A stretch of 64,000 nucleotides of DNA from an uncultured Pelagibacteraceae bacterium (GTDB taxonomy: Bacteria > Pseudomonadota > Alphaproteobacteria > Pelagibacterales > Pelagibacteraceae). Each line of letters begins with the position of its first letter. Position 1 is the first letter of the stretch. Both the position numbers and the translations under genes were made by a program. The stretch covers positions 10,536 to 74,535 of the forward strand of contig CABYBM010000001.1 in the NCBI GenBank assembly GCA_902517175.1. The letters are read 5' to 3'. The notes beneath the pieces are model-generated. The model had not been told where the DNA came from and did no database searches. It worked only from the letters and a program-made list of their open reading frames with translations. Positions 42,078 through 51,375 of the stretch are shown here, one piece after another.

Positions 42078-43005
42078 GATCAAAGGCAATCATTAGCTCA
42101 TTCCACTCTCTTTTTGAAAGACCTGAGCTATCTACGTCTACATTTTCACCTTTAATAAGTTTTTGTATAATTAATTTTCCTTTAGCTGAAACTTCTGTGC
42201 CTCCAACTCTATAATCCATAAAAGCTTCATAAGTTATAGGAACCCATTTTTTCACAGTATCCAACATTATATCTGCGTAAACTCTAATTTCATATTGTGC
42301 ATGACTATCAGCTCTTAATCTTAAGAAATTCATTAAGTTTAATAAATCAGTTTTCCAATACCATTGTGTATAAGTATTTAAAGTCAAATTCATTCTTGCA
42401 AGTTCTCTTGCTAAGCCTTTTTTATTTTCATCTATAGTTGAACCATCAAATCTTTCATTAAGCATTGTTTCGTAATTGTCGTAAGTTCTCTCAGCATCAC
42501 TTTTTAAAAGTTCTAAAACTTCTTCTGCTTGTTTGCCCTCCAACACATCTCCTCTACCTTGCCTATTACTGGTAGATTGAGTAGCTAAGTTTTCTTGCGT
42601 GGGTAAGTAAAATTCTTTATCTAAAATAGAATATCTTGCAGAGTATTCATTAACATTGGCAGTTCTGTGTCTAATCCATTGTCTAGCAATAAATATTGGT
42701 AACTTTATATGGTATTTTATTTCACACATCTCAAATGGAGTGCTGTGCCAATGCCTCATTAAATATTTGATTAATCCTTTATCAGTTGAAACTTGCTTAG
42801 TTCCTTTTCCATATGAAACTCTTGCAGATTGAACAATTGAAGTATCATCCCCCATATAATCAACTACACGAACAAAACCATGGTCTAAGGCTGGAATTGC
42901 CTCGTATAGGACATTTTCAAGTTCTGGTACTGTAACTCTTTTAGTTTGATTGCTTTGAGATTGTTGATTTTTTATTTCTTCTGCTTGTTCTTTGGTAAGT
43001 TTCAT
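42058..43005 (-). CDS. thyX: FAD-dependent thymidylate synthase (start corrected to MKLTKEQ)
   Basis: RQWIRHR...NEYSARY ThyX motif, AQYEIR; the ORF-track extension runs antisense through the tmRNA. Confidence 0.95.
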   Translation of the reverse strand: MKLTKEQAEEIKNQQSQSNQTKRVTVPELENVLYEAIPALDHGFVRVVDYMGDDTSIVQSARVSYGKGTKQVSTDKGLIKYLMRHWHSTPFEMCEIKYHIKLPIFIARQWIRHRTANVNEYSARYSILDKEFYLPTQENLATQSTSNRQGRGDVLEGKQAEEVLELLKSDAERTYDNYETMLNERFDGSTIDENKKGLARELARMNLTLNTYTQWYWKTDLLNLMNFLRLRADSHAQYEIRVYADIMLDTVKKWVPITYEAFMDYRVGGTEVSAKGKLIIQKLIKGENVDVDSSGLSKREWNELMIAFDLKDKLI

Positions 43006-43048
43006 GATTGTTATTGAATCTGTTGTAATTCCTTTTATATTAATAATG

Positions 43049-43305
43049 TTGGTTTTCCAACTACGACGATAAACGAATTTCGTAATAACCATTGCGGACG
43101 TGGGGGCAGTACCCACCACCTCCACCATTGCAACTTATGGGGGTGAACTAGATTCGACGGATGACTAAAGGCTATTCTTTCGTTCGGGATTGTTCCACCG
43201 TAACGGGCTAATTTATAATTGCTAACGAAAGTTATGCACTTGCTGCCTAATTAACTTAGTTAATTAAGCAAACGGGGTCTGGGGCACCTGGCAACAGAAC
43301 GCCCC
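43049..43305 (+). ncRNA. ssrA: Circularly permuted two-piece tmRNA (ends approximate)
   Basis: Acceptor piece ends ...CACCTCCACCA (43127); 11-nt intervening segment; coding piece starts GGGGGTGAA...GATTCGAC (43139); G3-U70 pair; tag ANESYALAA* at 43221-43250. Confidence 0.93.
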
Positions 43306-43307
43306 TA
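43282..43307 (+). repeat. 26-bp direct repeat copy 1 (attL-like; tmRNA terminal hairpin)
   Basis: GGGCACCTGGCAACAGAACGCCCCTA, identical to 44824-44849. Confidence 0.95.
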
Positions 43308-43350
43308 CTCATTTGTTAATTTAGTTTGCAGTATCAACGTTATTTAAAAA

Positions 43351-43382
43351 ATACAACCGAGTTGGTCGTTGTGTAGTCGTTA
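43351..43382. repeat. Left sub-terminal 11-bp repeats (arm-site-like)
   Basis: GTTGGTCGTTG (43361-43371) and TGTAGTCGTTA (43372-43382) in tandem, plus a weak inverted copy just before. Confidence 0.5.
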
Positions 43383-43393
43383 TTTTTTATATC

Positions 43394-44689
43394 CTAAAAT
43401 ATTCCCTTATCTATAGCTTTTAAAACAAGAGATTTGTAATTGTAGTTTCGATGTACTGTATGGGTATAAACAATTCTATTATCATCAAAATTGATCAGCA
43501 ATGCAATCCCACCATATCCATCCATACCCATCACCGTATCACTGATGCCAGGATAATTGGTGTGAAAAAAACCTGCATAAGATTTTGAATAACCATCACC
43601 AAACCCTATATTTTGGCCCTTTGAAATACTATTTGCGTAAACATCTTTGAGATAATTTCCTATGCATGTGCCACTGTTCCAATCATTCAAGATAGCTATG
43701 CCAATTCTTAATGTATCGTATCGTGTTGCTTTAAAATTTGCTTGTATAACACCCTTTGATTCATCTCCAACACCATTAAACTCTAGCCTACCAGCAAGAC
43801 CAACATGATCTTTTAGGACGTTATTAATAAATGAAGAAAATTTATGACCAGTTTTAAACGATATATAATTCATCGCTACATTGGCAGGAAGTTGTCCATA
43901 GCTAAAAAGTTTTTTTGAAGCTTTACTATTTGCTAATTCAGTTTTAGCAATACTAGCAATATTTGTATCACCCACGTTTCTTCCTGAACTCAAGATATTA
44001 TCTCGAACATATTTTTGATCACCCATACTGGCGTTGATAACATCTTGTACTGTAGCTGTTTCAAGCAATGTTCCTTGCACGATTGGCCAATCAGCCAAAG
44101 TTGATGATAAAGAATCAATGTAACCTTCACAGATCGCATGACCCATGAGGTAACCACCTAAACTTTTGCCTAAAGACATGCTGTATATCATCGTGTCATT
44201 ATCTATCAAATCTCCAAATCTTTCAGGGGGAGATAGCTGATCAATAACAATCTCTCCATCTTCATACATTAAATAACTAATTAGACCTGTCGACTGCATC
44301 TTCTTAATAATCTTTTTTATGATCTTTGGTTCTTTATGAAGATTAAATTTTAAAGCATTTGGTTCAGAGGATGGATTGGTGTAAAACTGATTACTTCTCC
44401 CTCTTTTGTTGTAAGCAAAAAAATGGTATCTCAATGTCTCAAGATTTGGACGTTTATAATCCCCAGGAATTTGTTTATTTTTCCATGTTTTAACTTTTGG
44501 TGATTTTAAAGGATTTTCTTTATTTTCTAATGTTTTAACTTTAGATGATTTCAAAGTTTCTGGTTCATCACACTTATTGTAATACCAATGGTTACTATAT
44601 TTGGGAAATGATTTACATTTTTCACTCTCTGCAAAAGCTTTAGTGCTCAACAACAAGCCAAGAACCACGATGCCTAAAAGCTTTTTCAT
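43394..44689 (-). CDS. Secreted serine hydrolase, class C beta-lactamase/NylB-like family
   Basis: Signal peptide MKKLLGIVVLGLLLSTKAFA; YSMSLGKS (SxxK); FSYGQ; MDGYGG. Confidence 0.8.
   Translation of the reverse strand: MKKLLGIVVLGLLLSTKAFAESEKCKSFPKYSNHWYYNKCDEPETLKSSKVKTLENKENPLKSPKVKTWKNKQIPGDYKRPNLETLRYHFFAYNKRGRSNQFYTNPSSEPNALKFNLHKEPKIIKKIIKKMQSTGLISYLMYEDGEIVIDQLSPPERFGDLIDNDTMIYSMSLGKSLGGYLMGHAICEGYIDSLSSTLADWPIVQGTLLETATVQDVINASMGDQKYVRDNILSSGRNVGDTNIASIAKTELANSKASKKLFSYGQLPANVAMNYISFKTGHKFSSFINNVLKDHVGLAGRLEFNGVGDESKGVIQANFKATRYDTLRIGIAILNDWNSGTCIGNYLKDVYANSISKGQNIGFGDGYSKSYAGFFHTNYPGISDTVMGMDGYGGIALLINFDDNRIVYTHTVHRNYNYKSLVLKAIDKGIF
44466..44555. repeat. Imperfect 45-bp tandem duplication inside the hydrolase gene
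   Basis: Encodes LKSSKVKTLENKENP / LKSPKVKTWKNKQIP. Confidence 0.8.
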
Positions 44690-44718
44690 GATCCAAGGTT
44701 ATCAAATCCTATACCCTG

Positions 44719-44753
44719 TGACGACCAGATTTTTGGTCAGCATTTGGTCGGCA
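44719..44753. repeat. Right sub-terminal 11-bp repeats (arm-site-like)
   Basis: TTTGGTCAGCA (44732-44742) and TTTGGTCGGCA (44743-44753) in tandem; inverted copy TGACGACCAGA (44719-44729). Confidence 0.65.
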
Positions 44754-44823
44754 TTATTCTATAATTTGTGTGATTTGATTATTGCTGATTGTTGCAATAT
44801 AAGGATTATTGAAACAAAGTTCA

Positions 44824-44849
44824 GGGCACCTGGCAACAGAACGCCCCTA
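44824..44849 (+). repeat. 26-bp direct repeat copy 2 (attR-like; displaced tmRNA 3' end)
   Basis: Identical to 43282-43307; lies 11 nt from the ppdK stop. Confidence 0.95.
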
Positions 44850-44860
44850 GATTAAAAAAA

Positions 44861-47518
44861 TTATTTTTTTAATTCAGCTTGTGCTGCTGCTAATCTAGCA
44901 ACTGGAACTCTATAAGGAGAACAAGATACATAATTAAGTCCTGCTTTCACACAAAAAGAAATACTTTTGGGATCACCACCATGCTCTCCACATATGCCTA
45001 GTTTTATCTTTTTGTTTTGGCTCTTTCCTTTTGCAACAGCGATCTCAACTAAATCTGAGACCCCTTCATCTATAGATACAAAAGGATCAATAGAAAAAAT
45101 TTTATTTTCTAAGTAATCATTTAAAAATTTTCCACTATCGTCTCTGCTTATTCCAAAAGTAGTTTGTGTTAAATCATTCGTACCAAAACTAAAGAATTCT
45201 GCATGTTTTGCTATTTCATCTGCCTTAATAGCTGCTCGAGGTAGCTCGATCATTGTTCCAACTATAAAGTCTATTTTTAATTTATTTTCTTTTTGTACCA
45301 TTCTTGCTATACTTTTAACTAATTCTCTCATTACTTTAATTTCGGTCTCTGTGGAAACTAGTGGAATCATTATTTCGGGAAAAGCTGACTTAATTTTATT
45401 TTTTTTAAGCTCACATAATGCTTCAAAAATTGCTCTACATTGCATCTCATATATTTCAGGAAATGATATGGCTAACCTGCAACCTCTATGACCTAGCATT
45501 GGGTTTTGTTCATGAAGTTCTTCTATTCTTGTTTCAACCTCATTTACCGAGAGATTAACAATTTCTGCTAATTCACTAATTTCTTTTTTTGTTCTTGGTA
45601 AAAATTCATGTAGAGGAGGATCTAACAATCTTACCGTAACTGGTAAGCCATTCATAATCTTAAAAATTTCAGTAAAATCTTTTTTTTGATATGGTAAAAG
45701 TTTATCCAAAGCTTTAGCTCTGTCCTCTTTAGTTTTAGAAAGAATCATTTCCCTTACAGATAAAATTCTCTCTTCATCAAAAAACATGTGCTCAGTTCTA
45801 CAAAGTCCAATACCTTCAGCACCAAAATCTTTTGCAGTTTTAGTGTCTTTAGGAGTTTCTGAATTTGTTCTTACATTTACTTTTCTATAACTATCGGCCC
45901 AAGACATTAATTTTGAAAAATCACCGGACATTTCTGGCTTAACAGTTGCAACACTGCCTTCAATTATTCTTCCTGTTGATCCGTCTATTGTTATAATATC
46001 TCCCTCTTTAATTTCTACTGATGATGTTTTAAAAGACTTACTTTCATAATTGATATCAATTTCACTCGATCCAGAAACGCAAGGTCTGCCCATTCCTCTT
46101 GCTACAACAGCTGCATGACTTGTCATCCCACCTCTTGCAGTTAATATACCTTTAGCTGCATGCATTCCTTGTATGTCTTCAGGAGAAGTTTCTACTCTAA
46201 CTAATATTGTGTCCTGCATCATTGAAGTTAGCCTTTCTGCTTCTTCCGATGTAAATACAACTTTTCCACTAGCAGCACCCGGTGAAGCAGGTAAGCCATT
46301 TGCAATTACATTTGTCGAGCTTTTTTCATCTAGTGTGGGGTGGAGAAGTGTATCAAGTGAATGTGGATCAATTCTTAGTACAGCCTCTTTTTTTGAGATT
46401 AATTTTTCTTTAACCATATCAACTGCAATCTTGACTGCAGATTTAGCTGTTCTTTTCCCAGATCTGGTTTGAAGCATCCACAGCTTTTTATTTTCAACTG
46501 TAAACTCTACATCTTGCATATCTCTGTAATGCTTTTCTAATTTTTTTAGTATCTTATGAAGTTCTTTATAAACTTTAGGCATAGACTCTTCCATAGATGG
46601 AGCTTTAACTTTTGCATTTTGTCTAGCTTTTTTAGTTATGTATTGTGGTGTTCTTGTACCAGCTACAACATCCTCTCCTTGTGCATTAATTAGATACTCT
46701 CCATAAATTTCGTTTTCACCATCTGACGGATTTCTTGTGAAAACAACACCAGTTGCACAGTCATCTCCCATGTTTCCAAAAACCATGGACTGAACATTAA
46801 CTGCTGTGCCCCAGTCTGAAGGTATATGATTTAATTTTCTGTAGACTTTTGCTCTCTTGCTATCCCAAGATAAAAATACTGCACTGATTGCTCCAAATAA
46901 TTGTTCATTTACATTTTGTGGAAAATCTTCATTCGCTTTTTCTTTTACTGTTCTTTTAAAATCTTCAATTAGTCCGTCCCAATCTTTTTCATCTAAATCT
47001 GTATCTAATAAAACACCTTTAGTGAGTTTATAATTTTCAATTAATTCTTCAAAATGATAACCTTCTACACCCATGACCACATTGCTATACATTTGTATAA
47101 ATCTTCTATAGCTGTCTTTAGCAAACCGGCCGTTATGGGTTTTTAACGCTAAAGCTTTAACCGTTTTATCGTTTAATCCTAAATTTAAAATTGTATCCAT
47201 CATACCAGGCATAGAAACTCTAGCTCCAGATCTTACTGACAGTAATAATGGATTTTTTAAATCACCAAATTTTTTTAAAACTTCTTTTTCAACAGTATTT
47301 AATTCTTTTTTTATTGACGTGATTATACTTTTATTAAGTTTTTTTTTATCTTTATAAAATAAATCACATACTTTTGTAGAAATTGTAAATCCAGGTGGAA
47401 CTGGCAATCCCATCCGACCCATCTCAGAGAGATTGGCGCCTTTTCCGCCCAAAAAATTTTTTGGTGTTTTAATTTTTTTGCTGTCTTTAGATTTGAAATT
47501 TAGAATTAGTTTTTTCAT
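44861..47518 (-). CDS. ppdK: Pyruvate, phosphate dikinase
   Basis: GGKGANL, SVRSGA, GGMTSHAAVVARG, GTNDLTQ, ICGEHGG. Confidence 0.97.
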   Translation of the reverse strand: MKKLILNFKSKDSKKIKTPKNFLGGKGANLSEMGRMGLPVPPGFTISTKVCDLFYKDKKKLNKSIITSIKKELNTVEKEVLKKFGDLKNPLLLSVRSGARVSMPGMMDTILNLGLNDKTVKALALKTHNGRFAKDSYRRFIQMYSNVVMGVEGYHFEELIENYKLTKGVLLDTDLDEKDWDGLIEDFKRTVKEKANEDFPQNVNEQLFGAISAVFLSWDSKRAKVYRKLNHIPSDWGTAVNVQSMVFGNMGDDCATGVVFTRNPSDGENEIYGEYLINAQGEDVVAGTRTPQYITKKARQNAKVKAPSMEESMPKVYKELHKILKKLEKHYRDMQDVEFTVENKKLWMLQTRSGKRTAKSAVKIAVDMVKEKLISKKEAVLRIDPHSLDTLLHPTLDEKSSTNVIANGLPASPGAASGKVVFTSEEAERLTSMMQDTILVRVETSPEDIQGMHAAKGILTARGGMTSHAAVVARGMGRPCVSGSSEIDINYESKSFKTSSVEIKEGDIITIDGSTGRIIEGSVATVKPEMSGDFSKLMSWADSYRKVNVRTNSETPKDTKTAKDFGAEGIGLCRTEHMFFDEERILSVREMILSKTKEDRAKALDKLLPYQKKDFTEIFKIMNGLPVTVRLLDPPLHEFLPRTKKEISELAEIVNLSVNEVETRIEELHEQNPMLGHRGCRLAISFPEIYEMQCRAIFEALCELKKNKIKSAFPEIMIPLVSTETEIKVMRELVKSIARMVQKENKLKIDFIVGTMIELPRAAIKADEIAKHAEFFSFGTNDLTQTTFGISRDDSGKFLNDYLENKIFSIDPFVSIDEGVSDLVEIAVAKGKSQNKKIKLGICGEHGGDPKSISFCVKAGLNYVSCSPYRVPVARLAAAQAELKK

Positions 47519-49584
47519 TTTAAGGAGTTTACTAGTGAAAAATTAACATAGTTGTTGAAGGTTATACATAAGATTTGAATAAGTTGTAGTCTATTCTTTC
47601 GAATACCTGGATCAACGTCATTAACTATTACATTGTCAAAAAATTCGTTAATTACTTTTTTTGCATCTAATAAATTATTTAGACTCTGAGAATAAACTTC
47701 ATCCTTATTAATCGAGGAAAAATATTTCTTTAAATCATTTATTTTTTTAAACAAATTTTTCTCAAATTCTGTCTGAAAAATGCTAGGGTCAGTTGTATTT
47801 GAAAGATCAAAATTCTTTCCTTTTAGCTCACTTTCTAAAATATTTGAAGCTCTTTTATAACTTGAAATAATTTCGTATCCGTCTGATTTAGAAATTATTT
47901 TGTCTAGACATCTTGCCTTTTCAAAAATTATTACAGGTTGGTCTAAGGTGTGTGAACTGACAGATGCTTGGATAATGTCATTTCGAATATTTTCTTCTTT
48001 CATGTAAAATTTTAGTCGGTCCATTAAAAATTCAGAAAGTTCTTTTTGTAAAAGTTTATTTTCAAATTTGAAACCTTGATCTGCGTAAAGCTTTGCTGAA
48101 TGATTGATCAAATCTTTTATTTTAATATGATTTTTATTTTCAACAATTATTCTTATTACTCCTAAAGCTATTCTTCTAAGACCAAAAGGGTCTTTCGAAC
48201 TCGTTGGCTTTTCATTAATTCCAAAAAAACCGACAAGAGTATCTATTTTGTCTGATAGTGCTAATGCTATACTAAAAGGTTTTTTGGGAACCTTGGACCC
48301 AGAACCTAAGGGTAAATATTGTTCACTTATTGATAGTGCCACATCTTTGTCAAAACCTTGTGCCTCAGAAAAATAACCACCCATAATTCCTTGAAGCTCA
48401 GGAAATTCACCTACCAGTTCAGATAATAAATCGACTTTGGAAATTGAAGCTGATAACTCCACTTTTTCTTTGCTAATTAATAGTTCATCAGAAAGCATTC
48501 CTCCGAGCTTTCTCATTCTTTGAACTTTATCAAAATAACTTCCCAATCCTTTAAAATAATTCATAGATTTTAAATTCGAGACTTGTTTTACTAAGTTTTG
48601 AGATTTATCTTTTTGCCAAAAGAATTCTGCATCAGTAAGTCTCGCCTCTACTACTCTCTCGTTGCCTAGCTTTATTAACCCTTTTAGATCTTTTTTGTTT
48701 GAAACAACTAAAAATTCATTAGTAATATTTCCTTTATTATCAAAAGTAGGGAAATATTTTTGATGGTATTGCATAGTGATTATTAATATCTCTTTGGGTA
48801 TTTTTAAAAACTTTTTATCGAACTGACAAACAAGAATATTAGGCTGATCTATTAAATCAACAACTTCTTCCAATAACTTTGGATTTTGGTTTATAATAAT
48901 ATTTTTCTTTTTTAAAATTAAATTAAATTTTTTTTGTATAATTTTTTTTCTTTCAATTGGATCAATTGTTATTTGTTCCTTTTTAAAGAAATTTTTATAT
49001 TCCTTAAAATTAGAAAATTTTTTTCTCTTTTCCTCAAAATCTTTATCTATAAAGGTTAAATTAGATGACTGAATGTGATGAAACTTAAAAATTAATGTTT
49101 TTTTATTAAATATTGCCAAAATGGATTTCAATGGTCTACCCCAATTTAATGCGAAATCCCCCCAGCGCATTGATTTTTTCCATTGAATTTTATTTAATAT
49201 TTTTGGAACAAACTCCTCTAATAATTCATGGGTATAAAGTTTTTTTGATTTTGTTTTAAAGAAGAAAAAGTTACCTTTTTCTGTTTCTTTTTTATAAAGA
49301 TTTTGTTTTAAAATTTTATTTGATCGTATAAAGCCCTCGATAGCTAAATCTGGCGCTTTTGTACTTGGACCTTTAATTTCCTCAGATTTCATAACTACTT
49401 GTTTTTGAACCCCTTCAAATAATATCACCAATCTATTTGGGGTTGAGTAGGAAGAGCTTCTTTTAAATGAAATGAATTTTTCTCCAAAAAAATCATTGAA
49501 AGATTTTAATAGGTTTTCTCTTAAATTTTTTTGCAGACTGGCAGGTATTTCCTCACTAAATAATTCTAAAAAAAACTCAGACAT
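47515..49584 (-). CDS. glyS: Glycine-tRNA ligase beta subunit
   Basis: ELFSEEIP, KSMRWG, EFPELQG, KDPFGLRR. Confidence 0.95.
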   Translation of the reverse strand: MSEFFLELFSEEIPASLQKNLRENLLKSFNDFFGEKFISFKRSSSYSTPNRLVILFEGVQKQVVMKSEEIKGPSTKAPDLAIEGFIRSNKILKQNLYKKETEKGNFFFFKTKSKKLYTHELLEEFVPKILNKIQWKKSMRWGDFALNWGRPLKSILAIFNKKTLIFKFHHIQSSNLTFIDKDFEEKRKKFSNFKEYKNFFKKEQITIDPIERKKIIQKKFNLILKKKNIIINQNPKLLEEVVDLIDQPNILVCQFDKKFLKIPKEILIITMQYHQKYFPTFDNKGNITNEFLVVSNKKDLKGLIKLGNERVVEARLTDAEFFWQKDKSQNLVKQVSNLKSMNYFKGLGSYFDKVQRMRKLGGMLSDELLISKEKVELSASISKVDLLSELVGEFPELQGIMGGYFSEAQGFDKDVALSISEQYLPLGSGSKVPKKPFSIALALSDKIDTLVGFFGINEKPTSSKDPFGLRRIALGVIRIIVENKNHIKIKDLINHSAKLYADQGFKFENKLLQKELSEFLMDRLKFYMKEENIRNDIIQASVSSHTLDQPVIIFEKARCLDKIISKSDGYEIISSYKRASNILESELKGKNFDLSNTTDPSIFQTEFEKNLFKKINDLKKYFSSINKDEVYSQSLNNLLDAKKVINEFFDNVIVNDVDPGIRKNRLQLIQILCITFNNYVNFSLVNSLK

Positions 49585-49586
49585 TT

Positions 49587-50468
49587 TTAATTTTGACTAT
49601 CTATCCAAATACCAGCAGCAGATTTAGTAATATCACGAATTCTTCCAATGTAACCTGCTCTTTGTGCAACACTTATTGCTCCCCTGGCATCTAAAACATT
49701 AAACACATGGCTTGCTTTTAAACATTGATCATACGCAGGTAGTGAAACTTTTTTTTCAACTAAAGATTTTGCTTCTAACTCATGCATATCAAACATTTTG
49801 AATAATTGTTCAACATTGGCATACTCAAAATTATACGCAGAAAACTCTTTTTCAGCCTGATGAAAAACCTCTCCGTATTTAATATTCTCATCATTCCACA
49901 ACAAATCATAAACATTTTTTTGTTGCTGAGTAAACATGCAGATCCTCTCTAAACCATAAGTAATCTCTACAGAAACTGGTTTACATTCGTAACCTGCCAT
50001 CTGTTGAAAGTAAGTGAATTGAGTAATCTCCATTCCATCACACCAAACTTCCCAACCTAAACCAGCCGCACCTAATGTGGGACTTTCCCAGTCATCTTCT
50101 ACGAATCTTATATCATGATGATTGTGATGAATTCCAATTGCAGTAAGACTATTTAAATATAACCTTTTTATATTTTCAGGAGACGGTTTAATCAAAACTT
50201 GAAACTGATAATAATGTTGAAGTCTATTAGGATTTTCACCATATCTACCATCTGTTGGTCTTCGGGATGGCTGGACATAAACGGCTTTCCATGGATTTGT
50301 ACCTAATGATCTGAGGGTCGTAGCAGGATGGAACGTACCAGCTCCAACTTCCATATCGTATGGTTGAAGAATAATACATCCTTGTTTGCTCCAAAATTTT
50401 TGAAGATTTAAAATGGTTTCTTGAAAGGTTTGAAATTTTGGTTTTTTATTTTTATTTTTAGAAACCAT
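49587..50468 (-). CDS. glyQ: Glycine-tRNA ligase alpha subunit (start likely MVSKN)
   Basis: [31 protein letters not shown]. Confidence 0.96.
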   Translation of the reverse strand: MVSKNKNKKPKFQTFQETILNLQKFWSKQGCIILQPYDMEVGAGTFHPATTLRSLGTNPWKAVYVQPSRRPTDGRYGENPNRLQHYYQFQVLIKPSPENIKRLYLNSLTAIGIHHNHHDIRFVEDDWESPTLGAAGLGWEVWCDGMEITQFTYFQQMAGYECKPVSVEITYGLERICMFTQQQKNVYDLLWNDENIKYGEVFHQAEKEFSAYNFEYANVEQLFKMFDMHELEAKSLVEKKVSLPAYDQCLKASHVFNVLDARGAISVAQRAGYIGRIRDITKSAAGIWIDSQN

Positions 50469-51261
50469 ATCTTTGCCAGATTGACCTCTCATCTAAAATA
50501 TTTGCAAATTGATCTATTTGATTAGAGGAAGAAAGTTTTTGACTTAACCAACCTTTAGTCTTTTCAAATTTTTTAATTATTACATCATCTCCATATTTAT
50601 CTTTCAAAATTTCATGAGCGTTTCCTATTCCATCTACTAATCCTAATGTTTTCGATTTACTACCTGACCAAAATTCTCCTGAAAAAAGTTCAACATCAGA
50701 TTTTTTTAATTTAGTACCTCTACTTTTTTCAACAACATCAATAAAGTCTTTATGTAAGTCTAACTGAATTTTTTTAAGTCTCTCTATATCTTCATTTTTT
50801 TCTTCAAGAAAAGGATCAAGGGTACTTTTATTTTTACCAGCTGTATGAACTCTTCTTTCAACACCAATTTTTTTTATTAGTTCTGTAAAACCAAATGATG
50901 AATAGATAACTCCAATAGATCCAATAATAGAACTTGAGTTTGCATAAATTTCGTCCCCAGCACATGCTATAAGATAACCCCCGGAAGCAGCGACATCCTC
51001 CGCAAATACTATTACCTGCTTATTATTTTTTTTAGCTTGCTGTCTTATAAAGCTATATATCAGATGAGATTGAACAGGTGATCCTCCTGGTGAATTTATA
51101 GTAATTGCAACACATTTGGATTTTTTCAATGAAAAAGCTTTTTTTATTAACTCTTCATGACCAGCAAAGTCTATCCCTTGTTTAAATTTTCCTGCATTTC
51201 CAATTACACCACTTAGCTTTAGATGAGCTACTATTTTTTTCTTTTTAAAAAAAGAGAACAT
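50458..51261 (-). CDS. sppA: S49 family peptidase (SppA-like)
   Basis: [25 protein letters not shown]. Confidence 0.9.
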   Translation of the reverse strand: MFSFFKKKKIVAHLKLSGVIGNAGKFKQGIDFAGHEELIKKAFSLKKSKCVAITINSPGGSPVQSHLIYSFIRQQAKKNNKQVIVFAEDVAASGGYLIACAGDEIYANSSSIIGSIGVIYSSFGFTELIKKIGVERRVHTAGKNKSTLDPFLEEKNEDIERLKKIQLDLHKDFIDVVEKSRGTKLKKSDVELFSGEFWSGSKSKTLGLVDGIGNAHEILKDKYGDDVIIKKFEKTKGWLSQKLSSSNQIDQFANILDERSIWQRYGF

Positions 51262-51375
51262 AAATATTTCTTATAGAATTATTAATTGAATATAAAGACT
51301 ACTTATAATTGAAGAATAAGGTGCGTCAATTGATAAGTAATAAATAAAAGTTAATTATACTAGTTTAAATTTAAT

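Larger units (their letters stand above)
43282..44849. mobile_element. tmRNA-integrated, integrase-less single-gene islet (~1.5 kb)
   Basis: Bounded by an exact 26-bp duplication of the tmRNA 3' end; interrupts ssrA-ppdK; carries one non-core gene and sub-terminal 11-bp repeats. Confidence 0.8.

Noticed and set aside
43006-43128. 41-aa N-terminal extension of thyX in the ORF track
   Set aside because: It runs antisense through the tmRNA acceptor piece and promoter; the ThyX-like sequence begins at MKLTKEQ (43005)
43282-44849. 26-bp repeats as a CRISPR array or integron attC sites
   Set aside because: Only two copies 1.5 kb apart, no cas genes, no RYYYAAC/GTTRRRY ends; the sequence is the tmRNA terminal hairpin
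44601-44855. 84-aa plus-strand ORF spanning the right cassette end, considered as a possible excisionase or integrase remnant
   Set aside because: TTG start, antisense overlap with the hydrolase, crosses the att repeat, and has no HTH or tyrosine-recombinase motifs
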